A DNA stretch of 64,000 nucleotides from an uncultured Solirubrobacterales bacterium (GCA_963705245.1 OY970062.1:557421-621420); one strand, 5' to 3'. Positions 35,620 through 45,164 are shown, counted from the stretch's first letter. Made by a program: numbers and translations. The notes: generated by a model from the sequence alone, not told the origin.

Positions 35620-38600
35620 ATGGAGAAGGGGGACGGATCGGCGTCGGTCGACGCGGCGTTCGAAGCTCTCGGCGAGGAACGGCGCTTCGATCGGGCGTGG
35701 AGTCGACTGGAGCAGGAGCGACAATCCGATCGAGGAATCGAGCCTGAGACCGAGCTGCTCGTCGCCGATTTGATGCGTGCCTGTGGCAGGAATCGCCGAG
35801 CGCTGAGTGTCTACGAGCGACTCGAACAAAGCCATATATGGGCATGGGTCTGGCGGCGCGGGCTTTGGCCCCCACAAGAGCCACGCGAGCGCGAGGCGCT
35901 GGAACGCGAAATCGAGCAAAAGCTGCTGGATTGCAAGGACCCTGTCGATCGCGTCGCCGTGCTGTGGCTGCAGGCGGAAACCAGGACGGGACGGGACCTG
36001 GACGACTGGGTCACCGACGAGGATCTGGCAGCGGCCGGGAGCCTGCTCGGAGAGGCGCGCGAGCTGGCCAGGGATGCCGCATGGCTTCTACCCGAGATCG
36101 CACGGGTCGTGCGGTTTCGGGCCGGGCGCGACGAGAACCACGCGATGGCGATGCGCTGCTCGCAGGCGAGGATCAACGAGCTCAGGAGCGAGCTCGAGCC
36201 GGCAGGTAAGACCCCTGTCGGTGTGCCGCTGCGCGAACCGGCGCGGGGACTGGACTACGAGGAAGGACGCCTCGCTCTGCTGAATCGTGAATGGGGACGT
36301 GCAGCCACGATCTTCGCGCAGATCGTCGAGCGGGACCACAGCCATCAGCACGCTCGTGTATGGCGCATCTACGCTCTGCGCCTGTCGCAGAACTCGAACG
36401 ATGAGCTGCTCGAACAGATCGACACCCTGCTGGACTCGTCGCTCTCCCGTGAAGCAGTAGCCATGGGAGAAGTCCCGGGAGAGCTCGACGGAGAGCTCGT
36501 CTACGGCGATCCATACCCACGCGTGTGCCAGCGCGAGCTGGTCGCGATGCTGCTCTCCGAGCGCGCGGCGATCCTCGAGCCGACCCACTCAGAAGAGGCG
36601 CTGCGCAACTACGAGCTCGCACTCGAGCTGCGACCGGCGATGCTGCTCGCCAAGCGCGGACTCCTTCGCTGCCTTGATGCCGCAGGCGAGCGATCTCGGT
36701 CCCAGCGCGCAGCGCATCAGCTTCTAGACGAAGCGCGTGCGGACGAGACGTTCAGCGCGGTTGCCGCGGAGCTGTTCGTAGAGGTCGGCCGGTTCGAGCT
36801 CGCACGGTGGCGACTTTCGACCGCGTTAGAGCATTTCGAGCAGGCGATCGAGATCTTTCCGATCTACGGATATGCATATGAGCGCAAGCTTGTCGTGCTC
36901 GCGATGAAAGGCGAACACGAACGCGCAAGGCAGGCTGGCGAAGCCGCGCTCACCGACAGCGGCAAGCTGCGGGGTGAGACCGGCGTGCGCATCGAGCTGG
37001 CCAACGCGCTGCTGGAATTGGGCGAGACGAGCGCTGCGCTGGATCTGTACAGCTGTCATACCTGCGACGCGACAAATTCGATTCGCGACCGCGCCAGCGC
37101 CGGGTGCGTTCACGCTCATCGATATGCACGTAACTACGACCTGGCACAACAGGCGATCGACGCCGCTCACCGAGAGGACGACAAGGTGGGGTTTCGCTTG
37201 TGGAACGCGTCGGGGCGGCTCGCTTGCGACCTCGGAGACTTCTCCACCGCGCTCGATCATTTCGAGCGCGGGCTCGAGCTGCGCCCACGCGAGCCCGTGC
37301 TGATCTCCAGCGTCGCGCGAGCTCTCCGGTTGCTGGGCCGTCCCAGCGATGCATACAAGTTCCTGCAGCAGCGCCGGAGCACGATGGGGGTGTTCAAGGG
37401 CGAGACCAGCGCCGACCTCGGCTGGGCTGAGCTCGAGTGCGCACGCCCCGAAGATGCGCTCGCGCATTTCAAGCAGGCACGCGCACGGAACAAGCGCGAC
37501 GAGATCGCGCTGCGAGGCATCATTTTCGTCGAAAGTCACAGCTGGACGCACGCAATTTCCCAGCGGCATGAAGTCGAGCGGCTGCGCCGGACGCTCGGCC
37601 TCGGGGATGACGCCTCAGGCGCGGCGCTCACCGAGCTTGGCTGTCGCTGCGCGGCGCGGGGCGCACTGGTCGACGCGCGTCTTCTGTTCGCGGAAGCCAA
37701 CGAGCGCTGTGCGAGCGCGAGCCAGATGATCACACAGATGCTCACCCAAGGACACGCCTGCATCGAGGCTCATGCCCTGGGCGAAGCCGAGTTCACACTG
37801 GAGAAACTCGAGACCATGGAAGGCGCTCGCTACCGTGACGAGCCGAACGTTCGCCTGTTGCGCGCCAAGTGGCACCTTGCCCAGAGTGAAAGCGAGACGG
37901 CCGCCCGCATCTTCGCCGAGGTGGGCAAGCTCTGGCCGCGTTCGCATTTGGCCGTCTTCGGACACGCGGCTGCGGCGTCGCGGCGTGGCGACGGTCAGGG
38001 AGCGTTGCGCGACCTCAAGCGCCTCATCGAGCGTCTGCGACGCGAATGCGATGCTCAACCTGCGCGTGCGCGTGTGTGTCGCGACAACGACAGCATTCTC
38101 GCGCGCGAGCTGCTGGTTCGTATTCGGCTCCATGCCTCTCGCGAAGGCGACGAGGAGGCGCGTGCGGAATGCCAGCAAATTCTCGCGATGGAGCCGCGCA
38201 GCTCCCAGGCCTACCTCGGGCTTGGCGTGATCGCCGCTCGCCATGACGAGACCAGGCAGGCCCAGCTCTATGTCGCTCAGGCCGCGGCGGTCGCGCCAAC
38301 CCGGATCGAGCCGATACGCGAGCGCGGCTGGATCGCGCTGCTGGGAGGCGATCATGCGAGCGCAGAGAGCGCCCTGGAGAGCGCAGATCGGCTGGACCCT
38401 CATGACTCCAGACTGCATCTTCTGCGTGGTCTGCTGTATCTGCAACGCGACGAGCGGACCGATGCGATCCTCACACTGCGCAGAGCCGCTGCGCTTGACC
38501 CATCCAACCCCGACTGCGCCGCGGCGCTGGCAGATGCGCTGGATCGCGACGGAGAGCGCGAGGAGGCGCTGCAAATCCTGAGTGCGGCATCAGCCCGGTT

Positions 38601-39279
38601 GCCGCCTCGTGACACGTTGCTTCTGCGCCTGGCATCCGCTCGCATCAACCACGCCGCAGCGATCAACGAGAAGCGTCAGCTGCGCAACCGGCTGCTGGAG
38701 GAGGCCGCACAGGAGGCGCGCTCCGCGACGGCACTCGCGCGCGACTTCATCGATAAAGCCGAGGTTCACTACCACACAGGCGTGATATGCCACGCTCGGG
38801 GCCAGCGGCGGGAGGCGCAACGCGAGCTGAAGCGATGCTTGCAAAGCAATCCGAGTCACTTCCAAGCTCAGCGCGCGCAAGCGATCATCGGCTCTGATCG
38901 GGAAGACGACGGCACTGATCTGCATGCCCGCATGTGGGCGAACCTGCTGGGAGCTACGGGGCTCGTGTTGCTTGTCCTGCTGGGCGTCGATGTGACTCTC
39001 CACGCCACCCACTCCAACCCGCCTCTCGCCCAGAGGATGGTCGGCCCTATAGGGATCGCGGCGTTGGTATCCCTGGTCGTCGCGGCGCTGATCCCCCGCC
39101 TCACCTCGCTGAACGTCCGCGGCGTCGGCAGCCTCACGGTCACGCCCTCGCTGGAGGAGAGCGCGAAAGCGGCGCCTGAGATCCTGTTCCGCCGGCTTCC
39201 GCTCAACACGTTGTCAGCGCCCGGAACCGGTCAGCTGAGCCCGATTACACCCGACACGGCCGGACTCGCGTCCTCCTGA
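35620..39279 (+). CDS. Large TPR-repeat protein with two C-terminal transmembrane helices
   Basis: ~1220 aa of A/L/E/R-rich helical repeats (e.g. ALRNYELALELRP, FEQAIEIFP); extended -10 TGATATTGT at 35602-35610. Confidence 0.8.
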   Translation: MEKGDGSASVDAAFEALGEERRFDRAWSRLEQERQSDRGIEPETELLVADLMRACGRNRRALSVYERLEQSHIWAWVWRRGLWPPQEPREREALEREIEQKLLDCKDPVDRVAVLWLQAETRTGRDLDDWVTDEDLAAAGSLLGEARELARDAAWLLPEIARVVRFRAGRDENHAMAMRCSQARINELRSELEPAGKTPVGVPLREPARGLDYEEGRLALLNREWGRAATIFAQIVERDHSHQHARVWRIYALRLSQNSNDELLEQIDTLLDSSLSREAVAMGEVPGELDGELVYGDPYPRVCQRELVAMLLSERAAILEPTHSEEALRNYELALELRPAMLLAKRGLLRCLDAAGERSRSQRAAHQLLDEARADETFSAVAAELFVEVGRFELARWRLSTALEHFEQAIEIFPIYGYAYERKLVVLAMKGEHERARQAGEAALTDSGKLRGETGVRIELANALLELGETSAALDLYSCHTCDATNSIRDRASAGCVHAHRYARNYDLAQQAIDAAHREDDKVGFRLWNASGRLACDLGDFSTALDHFERGLELRPREPVLISSVARALRLLGRPSDAYKFLQQRRSTMGVFKGETSADLGWAELECARPEDALAHFKQARARNKRDEIALRGIIFVESHSWTHAISQRHEVERLRRTLGLGDDASGAALTELGCRCAARGALVDARLLFAEANERCASASQMITQMLTQGHACIEAHALGEAEFTLEKLETMEGARYRDEPNVRLLRAKWHLAQSESETAARIFAEVGKLWPRSHLAVFGHAAAASRRGDGQGALRDLKRLIERLRRECDAQPARARVCRDNDSILARELLVRIRLHASREGDEEARAECQQILAMEPRSSQAYLGLGVIAARHDETRQAQLYVAQAAAVAPTRIEPIRERGWIALLGGDHASAESALESADRLDPHDSRLHLLRGLLYLQRDERTDAILTLRRAAALDPSNPDCAAALADALDRDGEREEALQILSAASARLPPRDTLLLRLASARINHAAAINEKRQLRNRLLEEAAQEARSATALARDFIDKAEVHYHTGVICHARGQRREAQRELKRCLQSNPSHFQAQRAQAIIGSDREDDGTDLHARMWANLLGATGLVLLVLLGVDVTLHATHSNPPLAQRMVGPIGIAALVSLVVAALIPRLTSLNVRGVGSLTVTPSLEESAKAAPEILFRRLPLNTLSAPGTGQLSPITPDTAGLASS

Positions 39280-39333
39280 ACGCATGCCAGAGCCGAGGGC
39301 GGTCCGATCAGCTAACGGCGGCTGAGATCAAGG

Positions 39334-40089
39334 TCAGTCCGCGAGGAGGGCCCGCGCACAGACGATCCCAGCACGCACGGTCGCGGTGAAATCGCGCTCG
39401 GGCTCGGTCAACATTCGCAGCGCGAACCCGTCGCCGAGCGAGAACAGGATCTCGGCGACCGCTTCCGGTTCGGCGTGCAGCCGCACGACGCCATCCCGCT
39501 GGGCGGTGGCGAGCATGCCTGCGACCTGCTTGCGGGTGCGTCGCATCAGCTCCGCGTACTCGACCGCGATGTCCGAGTTGCGACGCGACAAGGTGAACAG
39601 CTCGAACACAAGCGTCACGAAGTCCGGATCGTCGCGGACCGTCTGCTGCAGGTTCTGGGCCATCAGGCCGATGAAGTCCTCCGCCGTGCGCGCGCCCGCG
39701 AGCTGCTGCTCGAGCAACTCCATGCGCAGCTCACAATCGCGGCGGACCGCCTCGACCAGCAGCTGCTCCTTCGTGCCGAAGTAATAGTGGAGCAATCCCC
39801 GCGACACGCCCGCCTCGCGGGCGACGTGGTCGAACGTCGAGGCGGCTGTGCCACGTCGCGCGACGCTGCGACGCATCGCCTCGATGATCCGCTGCGCCTT
39901 CTCGCCTTCGGTGATCCTGCCCGACTTCGACCCCGCGATCGTCTTGCCGGGCTTCGACCCCGCGGCGATCTTGCCCGGCTTGGACCCCGCGGCGATCTTG
40001 CCCGGCTTGGATCCCGCGGCGAGCCCACTGCTCGGCTTCGACCCCGCGGCAATCCCGCGCGACTTTGTGCTCTCGGCGGTCGCGGACAT
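39334..40089 (-). CDS. TetR/AcrR family regulator with repeat-expanded N-terminus
   Basis: TFDHVAREAGVSRGLLHYYFGTKEQL; (KIAAGSKPG)n N-terminal repeats. Confidence 0.92.
   Translation of the reverse strand: MSATAESTKSRGIAAGSKPSSGLAAGSKPGKIAAGSKPGKIAAGSKPGKTIAGSKSGRITEGEKAQRIIEAMRRSVARRGTAASTFDHVAREAGVSRGLLHYYFGTKEQLLVEAVRRDCELRMELLEQQLAGARTAEDFIGLMAQNLQQTVRDDPDFVTLVFELFTLSRRNSDIAVEYAELMRRTRKQVAGMLATAQRDGVVRLHAEPEAVAEILFSLGDGFALRMLTEPERDFTATVRAGIVCARALLAD
39913..40056. repeat. 27-bp in-frame tandem repeat, about 5 copies
   Basis: cttgcccggcttggaccccgcggcgat-type units. Confidence 0.88.
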
Positions 40090-40135
40090 CGCTCGTGAGT
40101 CCGTCGCTCGCCGTCGCGCTCAGCAGCTCAGGTGC

Positions 40136-40612
40136 TCAGGAGGCTGGCGCAGACGCTGGCGCCGGCTCGGCTGGGGCGGTGGTCGAGCTGTACTCGAACT
40201 CGTCCTCGGCGCCGAACAGCAGGTCGAGCACCTTGCTGCGCAGATCCTCGCTGAGGGCCAGCGCAAGTACGCCGGCTAGCGCGAGCAGCGCCAGCTTGCG
40301 GCCGAGCCCGCCACGACGACGGCGCGGCTTGGGCGGGGGCTCACGGAGCGTGACCGCCGCATCGCGCAGCGCGTTCGCCGCCTCGCGGAGCTCCTTCTGG
40401 AGCTTTCGATCCTCGAACAACGCCTTGCTCGCGGGCTTGCCGTTGCTCATGCGCCCGTAGGCGCTGCGCGCAGAGCCATACGCGGCGAGCAGACTCCCAC
40501 GCAAGTCCTCGTCCTCCATCAACCGTTCTATGTACCGGTTGCGCCGCGCAGCTCGCGCCGCCTCACCGGCCTTGCTGAACCTGCTGGCACTACTACTGTC
40601 CTTCGCCGCCAT
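40136..40612 (-). CDS. Hypothetical membrane-associated protein
   Basis: AGGAGG SD; helical N-terminus and one hydrophobic segment. Confidence 0.7.
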   Translation of the reverse strand: MAAKDSSSASRFSKAGEAARAARRNRYIERLMEDEDLRGSLLAAYGSARSAYGRMSNGKPASKALFEDRKLQKELREAANALRDAAVTLREPPPKPRRRRGGLGRKLALLALAGVLALALSEDLRSKVLDLLFGAEDEFEYSSTTAPAEPAPASAPAS

Positions 40613-40740
40613 CTGGGCCACCGCCTCCTGGGGAGAGCTTGCAGTTTTCTGCACCCAATATACGCCCCTCCGGGTTCGCGTAACGGGAGATGGCGGGATA
40701 TCGGGACGCGGAGTGCTCGCGGTCACGTGAGAATGGGCAT

Positions 40741-42033
40741 GTGCCCACGTTCCAGGCGACCGCCACCGTGCTTGGCCTGCTGCTGATCGTCGGCGCGCTC
40801 GCCTCGGGCCTCGCGCAGCGCTCGTTTCTGTCACTTACCGCCCTGTTCGTGCTCGCCGGGTTCGTGCTCGGGCCCGGGGGCTTTGGCTGGATCGACTTCC
40901 GTGCTCGCTCCGGGTTCGTCGAGGATCTCGCGTTCGCCGCGCTGATCGTGATCCTGTTTCGGGACGGCCTCGAGGTCGAGGGCGAGATGCTCCAGCGCGC
41001 TTGGCATCTGCCCGCGCGCAAGCTCGTGCTGGCGATGCCGATCACGGCCGGGATCGTCGCCTATGCCGCGCACACGCTGATCGGGTTCACCTGGACGGAG
41101 TCTTTTCTCGTCGGAGCCTTGCTGTCACCGACCGACCCCGTGCTGACCTCGAGCATCGTCACCAACTCGCGCGTGCCTCGCCTCATACGCCACTCGCTGA
41201 ACCTCGAGTCCGGACTGAATGACGGCCTCGCGTTGCCGGCCGTGCTCGCGCTGCTAGCCGCGCTCAGCGTCGAATCCGGTCAGTTTCAGTGGTGGCGGTT
41301 CGTGATCCAGGACATCGGCCTTGGCTTTCTCTACGGGCTTGCCTGCGGGTGGTTCGCATCGCTGCTGATGCCGCGCGCGGGAGCCCGTCCGCTGGAGCAC
41401 TCGATCCCCTCCCACCAAAAGTCGCTGTTCGCGCTTGGGGTCGCATTTGCGACGTACGGCCTCACCGTGCTCGAGCCCAAAGGCAACGGCTTCATCGCTG
41501 TGTTCGTCGCGGCGATCGTTCTAGGCGTGCGCCGCCCTGACCTGCGTGTGCACTTCGAGCGACGCGCGGATGAGATCGTCGAGATCGTCAAGCTCGGGAT
41601 CTTCCTCGTGTTCGGCTCACTGCTCACCCTGCACGCGCTCACTCGCGAGGGCTGGGTCGCACTCGTGTTCGTCGCCGTCGTGTTCCTGCTGGCGCGCCCC
41701 CTCGCGGTGTGGCTCGCCCTGCTCGGCACGCGTACCGATCCGGCCACGCGCCTGTTCATGGGCTGGTTCGGACCGAAGGGTGTCGCCACGATGACGTTCG
41801 CCCTGCTCGTGCTCGACCGTAACATCGCATCGGGGGAACGCATCTTCGACCTGGTCGCGCTCGTCGTCTTCTGCTCGATCATCGCCCACGGCCTGTCCGA
41901 CACGCCGGGCGCCAACTGGATCGCCCGGCATGCCGAACGCGCTGACGCCGACGCCAACCGCGCCGACGCCACGCGCGCCGAGCCAGAGCACGCCGAGAGC
42001 GACAGCCAGCACGCGCCGACTCGAGGCGCCTGA
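40741..42033 (+). CDS. Cation:proton antiporter (CPA1/NhaP family)
   Basis: LSPTDPVL, ESGLNDG and WFGPKG; about 12 transmembrane segments. Confidence 0.92.
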   Translation: MPTFQATATVLGLLLIVGALASGLAQRSFLSLTALFVLAGFVLGPGGFGWIDFRARSGFVEDLAFAALIVILFRDGLEVEGEMLQRAWHLPARKLVLAMPITAGIVAYAAHTLIGFTWTESFLVGALLSPTDPVLTSSIVTNSRVPRLIRHSLNLESGLNDGLALPAVLALLAALSVESGQFQWWRFVIQDIGLGFLYGLACGWFASLLMPRAGARPLEHSIPSHQKSLFALGVAFATYGLTVLEPKGNGFIAVFVAAIVLGVRRPDLRVHFERRADEIVEIVKLGIFLVFGSLLTLHALTREGWVALVFVAVVFLLARPLAVWLALLGTRTDPATRLFMGWFGPKGVATMTFALLVLDRNIASGERIFDLVALVVFCSIIAHGLSDTPGANWIARHAERADADANRADATRAEPEHAESDSQHAPTRGA

Positions 42034-42041
42034 GCGATCGA

Positions 42042-42329
42042 CTACATGTGCAGAGCGGCCTGCTCCTGGGCCGACGGGAATGCCCAGGCCGCCCGTGTGC
42101 GACGCTCTTGGCGGAACACGAACCGCAGCTGTTGGGGCGGTTTCAACTGGGCCTCGTTGGGACGGAACGTCGCGCAGGGCTCGTCGAGATCCAGTGCGCA
42201 CAGCAAATTGCGACGAAAGAAGCAGTCCTCGCAAGTGACTGCCTTGGTGACGCGCCTGCTGCTGCTGCTACTGCCTTGCTTTCTCTGCAACGTGCCCCCG
42301 ACAGGTTGGGTTGAACGGACGGCGACCAT
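42042..42329 (-). CDS. Small four-Cys hypothetical protein
   Basis: CEDC-x7-C-x7-C; GAGG-like SD before ATG 42329. Confidence 0.65.
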   Translation of the reverse strand: MVAVRSTQPVGGTLQRKQGSSSSSRRVTKAVTCEDCFFRRNLLCALDLDEPCATFRPNEAQLKPPQQLRFVFRQERRTRAAWAFPSAQEQAALHM

Positions 42330-42495
42330 CCTCGCATGGTCAGACCGAGGCGCGCGGGACACAATCCGCAAATCGCAGAGAAAACGATTTCTACCCGGAT
42401 AGAGCTGATTTCACGTCACTTTCCTGTGAGTTCTTCTCGCTTGCTTTGCGCAGTTTGCGGTGATAAGGACGCGTCTCGGTCATCATCTGGATGAC

Positions 42496-43767
42496 ATGCA
42501 CATCCTCGTCACCGGCGCGAGTGGCTTCGTCGGCTCACGGCTCATCCCTCGGTTGCGCTCTGACGGGCATCGTGTGCGCGCACTCGCGCGAGACCCCGCC
42601 CGGGTCGACCTCGCGGGAATGATGACTGACTCTTTGCAGGCGTCCTCGCGCGCACCTGCCTCAGCGCCCACACTTGGCGCGCCCACACGGGGGCTCGCCC
42701 CGCGCCCGGCTTCAGGCGCACGTACGAGCCCGGGGAGCCCGGGGAGCCCGGGGAGCGCAGGCGAATACGAGAACGAAAATGTGGAGGTCCTCACCGCAGA
42801 CGTGCTCACCGGCGAGGGACTCCAGCGGGCTCTGCATGAAGTCGAGGTCGCCTACTACCTGATCCACTCGATGGAGCGCTCGCCCACGAGCAGCGATGAC
42901 AGCAAACTCGCAAGTGGCCGGGCCATTCCATTTCCCGAGCGCGAGCGGATCGCCGCGGAGAACTTCGCCGCAGCAGCAACCACGGCTGGCGTACGGCGGA
43001 TCGTCTACCTCGGGGGGCCGACCGCCGGCTGGAGCGTCGCCGGCGAGCACGCGGGTGAGAAAACGAAAGCGAACGAACCGAGAGCGGGTGAGCGCATGGC
43101 CTCTCGTGTGAGTAGGGGTCGGGGGCAAAACAAGCGCAAGCAAGCAAGCACGCACGCACGGGAGGTCACCGATGAGCAGCTCTCACCCCACTTGAGCAGC
43201 CGCCAAGCGGTCGAGCACATCCTCGGTGACGCGATCTCCGACACGATCGTGTTGCGTGCTTCGATCGTGATCGGCGCACGCTCGCGTTCGCTGCGATTTC
43301 TCGTCCGGCTCGTCGAGCGCATGCCCGTGCTTGCATTGCCCGCTTGGCACTCCTATCGCACACGTCCGATCGATGCGCGAGACGTCACGGACATGCTCGC
43401 CGCCGCTGCGACACTGCCCGGCACGTCGGGCCGCTCGCTGGACGTGGGCGGACCAGAGATTCTCAGCTATGGCGAGATGATCCAGCGAATCGCCGATCTG
43501 ATGCTTCTTTCACGCCCGAGCTTCAGGGTGGGTGTGAGTGCCACACCGCTCGTCGCGCCTCTCGCTGCCGCGCTCGTCAACGAGGATCCCGAGCTGGTGA
43601 GCGCCTTGATGGAGAGCCTGCAAGGTGACCTCCTCCCCGGCGGCCCTGACGGTCAATCCCATCTGCTTGCCGCGCAACTGCTCGGGGTCGATCTGCACTC
43701 TTTCGACTCAGCCGTCGAGCGCTCACTGCGCGAATGGGAGGCAGTCGAACCGCTCGCTGCGCGGTGA
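42496..43767 (+). CDS. NAD(P)-binding atypical SDR/epimerase (YbjT-like) with two low-complexity insertions
   Basis: ILVTGASGFVG, YYLIHSM, LRASIVIG and PIDARDV. Confidence 0.85.
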   Translation: MHILVTGASGFVGSRLIPRLRSDGHRVRALARDPARVDLAGMMTDSLQASSRAPASAPTLGAPTRGLAPRPASGARTSPGSPGSPGSAGEYENENVEVLTADVLTGEGLQRALHEVEVAYYLIHSMERSPTSSDDSKLASGRAIPFPERERIAAENFAAAATTAGVRRIVYLGGPTAGWSVAGEHAGEKTKANEPRAGERMASRVSRGRGQNKRKQASTHAREVTDEQLSPHLSSRQAVEHILGDAISDTIVLRASIVIGARSRSLRFLVRLVERMPVLALPAWHSYRTRPIDARDVTDMLAAAATLPGTSGRSLDVGGPEILSYGEMIQRIADLMLLSRPSFRVGVSATPLVAPLAAALVNEDPELVSALMESLQGDLLPGGPDGQSHLLAAQLLGVDLHSFDSAVERSLREWEAVEPLAAR

Positions 43768-43849
43768 AGCCATACGGTTCACCACATGTTCGCCTGCCTG
43801 GGACAAGCCTTCTGCACACACACAGTCCGCTCCTGACCCCGCGCATGTC

Positions 43850-44302
43850 ATGAGCCTCGTCACTGCTTCCATCCATATCGACGCGCCTGCAGAGGAGGTG
43901 TGGCAGCTGGTCATGGACCCGAACAGGTTGGGCGACTGGGTGACGATCCACCGCGGCTTGGGACATGCGGACGCAGGCCCTCCGCGTGTCGGCTACCGGA
44001 TGGACCAGCACGTCCATCTGCGCGGTGCAAGTGTTGACATTCGTTGGAAGCTCGTCGAGTGTCACCCGCGCAAGCTGGCCATCTGGGAGGGTCGCGGACC
44101 GGCTCGCTCTCGCGCGCGCACGGAGTACGCATTGAAACCCGAGGGCGATGGCGGTACTCGCTTCGATTACCGTAACGAGTTCCATGTCCCGTTCGGACCG
44201 ATCGGCGCGGTCCTCAGCAGAGCGCTCGTCGGGGGCATACCTGAACGTGAGGCCGAGCACACGCTCGAGCGTTTGCAAGCCCAGCTGGAGCAGGTCTCTT
44301 GA
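43850..44302 (+). CDS. SRPBCC/polyketide cyclase family protein
   Basis: SIHIDAPAEEVWQLVMD...W and GGTRF motifs. Confidence 0.85.
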   Translation: MSLVTASIHIDAPAEEVWQLVMDPNRLGDWVTIHRGLGHADAGPPRVGYRMDQHVHLRGASVDIRWKLVECHPRKLAIWEGRGPARSRARTEYALKPEGDGGTRFDYRNEFHVPFGPIGAVLSRALVGGIPEREAEHTLERLQAQLEQVS

Positions 44303-44431
44303 CACTTCCCCCTCCTCAGCCATTCCTTTCGCCTGAGCTCTCGACAGCGTCCGGACCTCACCTCACCGGGGCTGCTCGCTCTTTTCTTTCGCGGATATCC
44401 CACAACCCACAAGCCCAAGAGTCTAAGAGCC

Positions 44432-44530
44432 GGCTTAAGCGACTGTCGCTAAAGGCTTAAGTGGTTTACGAAACAGGTTTCCGTGGAGGAATGCTGTAAG
44501 GTGACGGAACCGGAGTGTGACATGCTCACA
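44432..44530. promoter_or_regulatory. AT-enriched upstream region with palindromic boxes
   Basis: GGCTTAAG at 44432 and 44454, AGCGAC-T-GTCGCT at 44438-44450, TGTGA-N5-TCACA at 44516-44530. Confidence 0.4.
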
Positions 44531-44556
44531 TTCACACTAGTGAAAAGGACTGGATC

Positions 44557-45111
44557 GTGACCGACTTTCTTGACGAGAAGCGCCGAGAGATCACCGACCG
44601 GCTGACTGAGCTGGGCCCACTGGTGGAGGAGTATCGCCGCTTGGAGGCTGCTGCTTCGGCACTGGACGGAATCGGCGGGACGACCGCCGGCGCGGCTGCT
44701 CCTCGCCGGCGTGGACCCGGACGTCCGCCTGGCTCGGCCGGCAAAGCCGCCACTTCGACCACCGCCAAAAAAGGACCTGGTCGTCCTAAAAAAGGACCAG
44801 GTCGTCCCAAAAAGGTGGGTAGGCCCAAAAAAGTAGGACGTCCTGCGGGCAGCACGACCAAAGCCACGGCCGAGTCCTCTGCGGCTTCCCCCGCTGCGCC
44901 TTCCACGAAACGTCGCGCCGGACGGCGCAAAGGCAGTGGCACACGTGCCGCACAGGCGCTGTCATTCGTGCAGGGACAGCCCGGGATCACCATCCCTGAG
45001 CTCGCTGCGAAGATGGGAATCAAGCAGAACTATCTGTACCGCGTGCTTCCCAGCCTCGAACAGGAAGGGAAGCTCGCAAAGCAGGGTCGCGGTTGGCATC
45101 CCAAAGGCTAG
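44557..45111 (+). CDS. Basic DNA-binding protein: coiled coil, GRP(KK) repeats, winged helix
   Basis: AAGGA SD; GITIPELAAKMGIKQNYLYRVLPSLEQEGKL wHTH; five GRP motifs. Confidence 0.85.
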   Translation: MTDFLDEKRREITDRLTELGPLVEEYRRLEAAASALDGIGGTTAGAAAPRRRGPGRPPGSAGKAATSTTAKKGPGRPKKGPGRPKKVGRPKKVGRPAGSTTKATAESSAASPAAPSTKRRAGRRKGSGTRAAQALSFVQGQPGITIPELAAKMGIKQNYLYRVLPSLEQEGKLAKQGRGWHPKG

Positions 45112-45132
45112 TCGCCTGACAGGCATCCTCAC

Positions 45133-45164
45133 AAAAAGGGCGCGGCATATGCCGCGCCCTTTTT
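45133..45164. terminator. Bidirectional intrinsic terminator
   Basis: Perfect 32-nt palindrome AAAAAGGGCGCGGCAT-ATGCCGCGCCCTTTTT between convergent genes. Confidence 0.9.
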
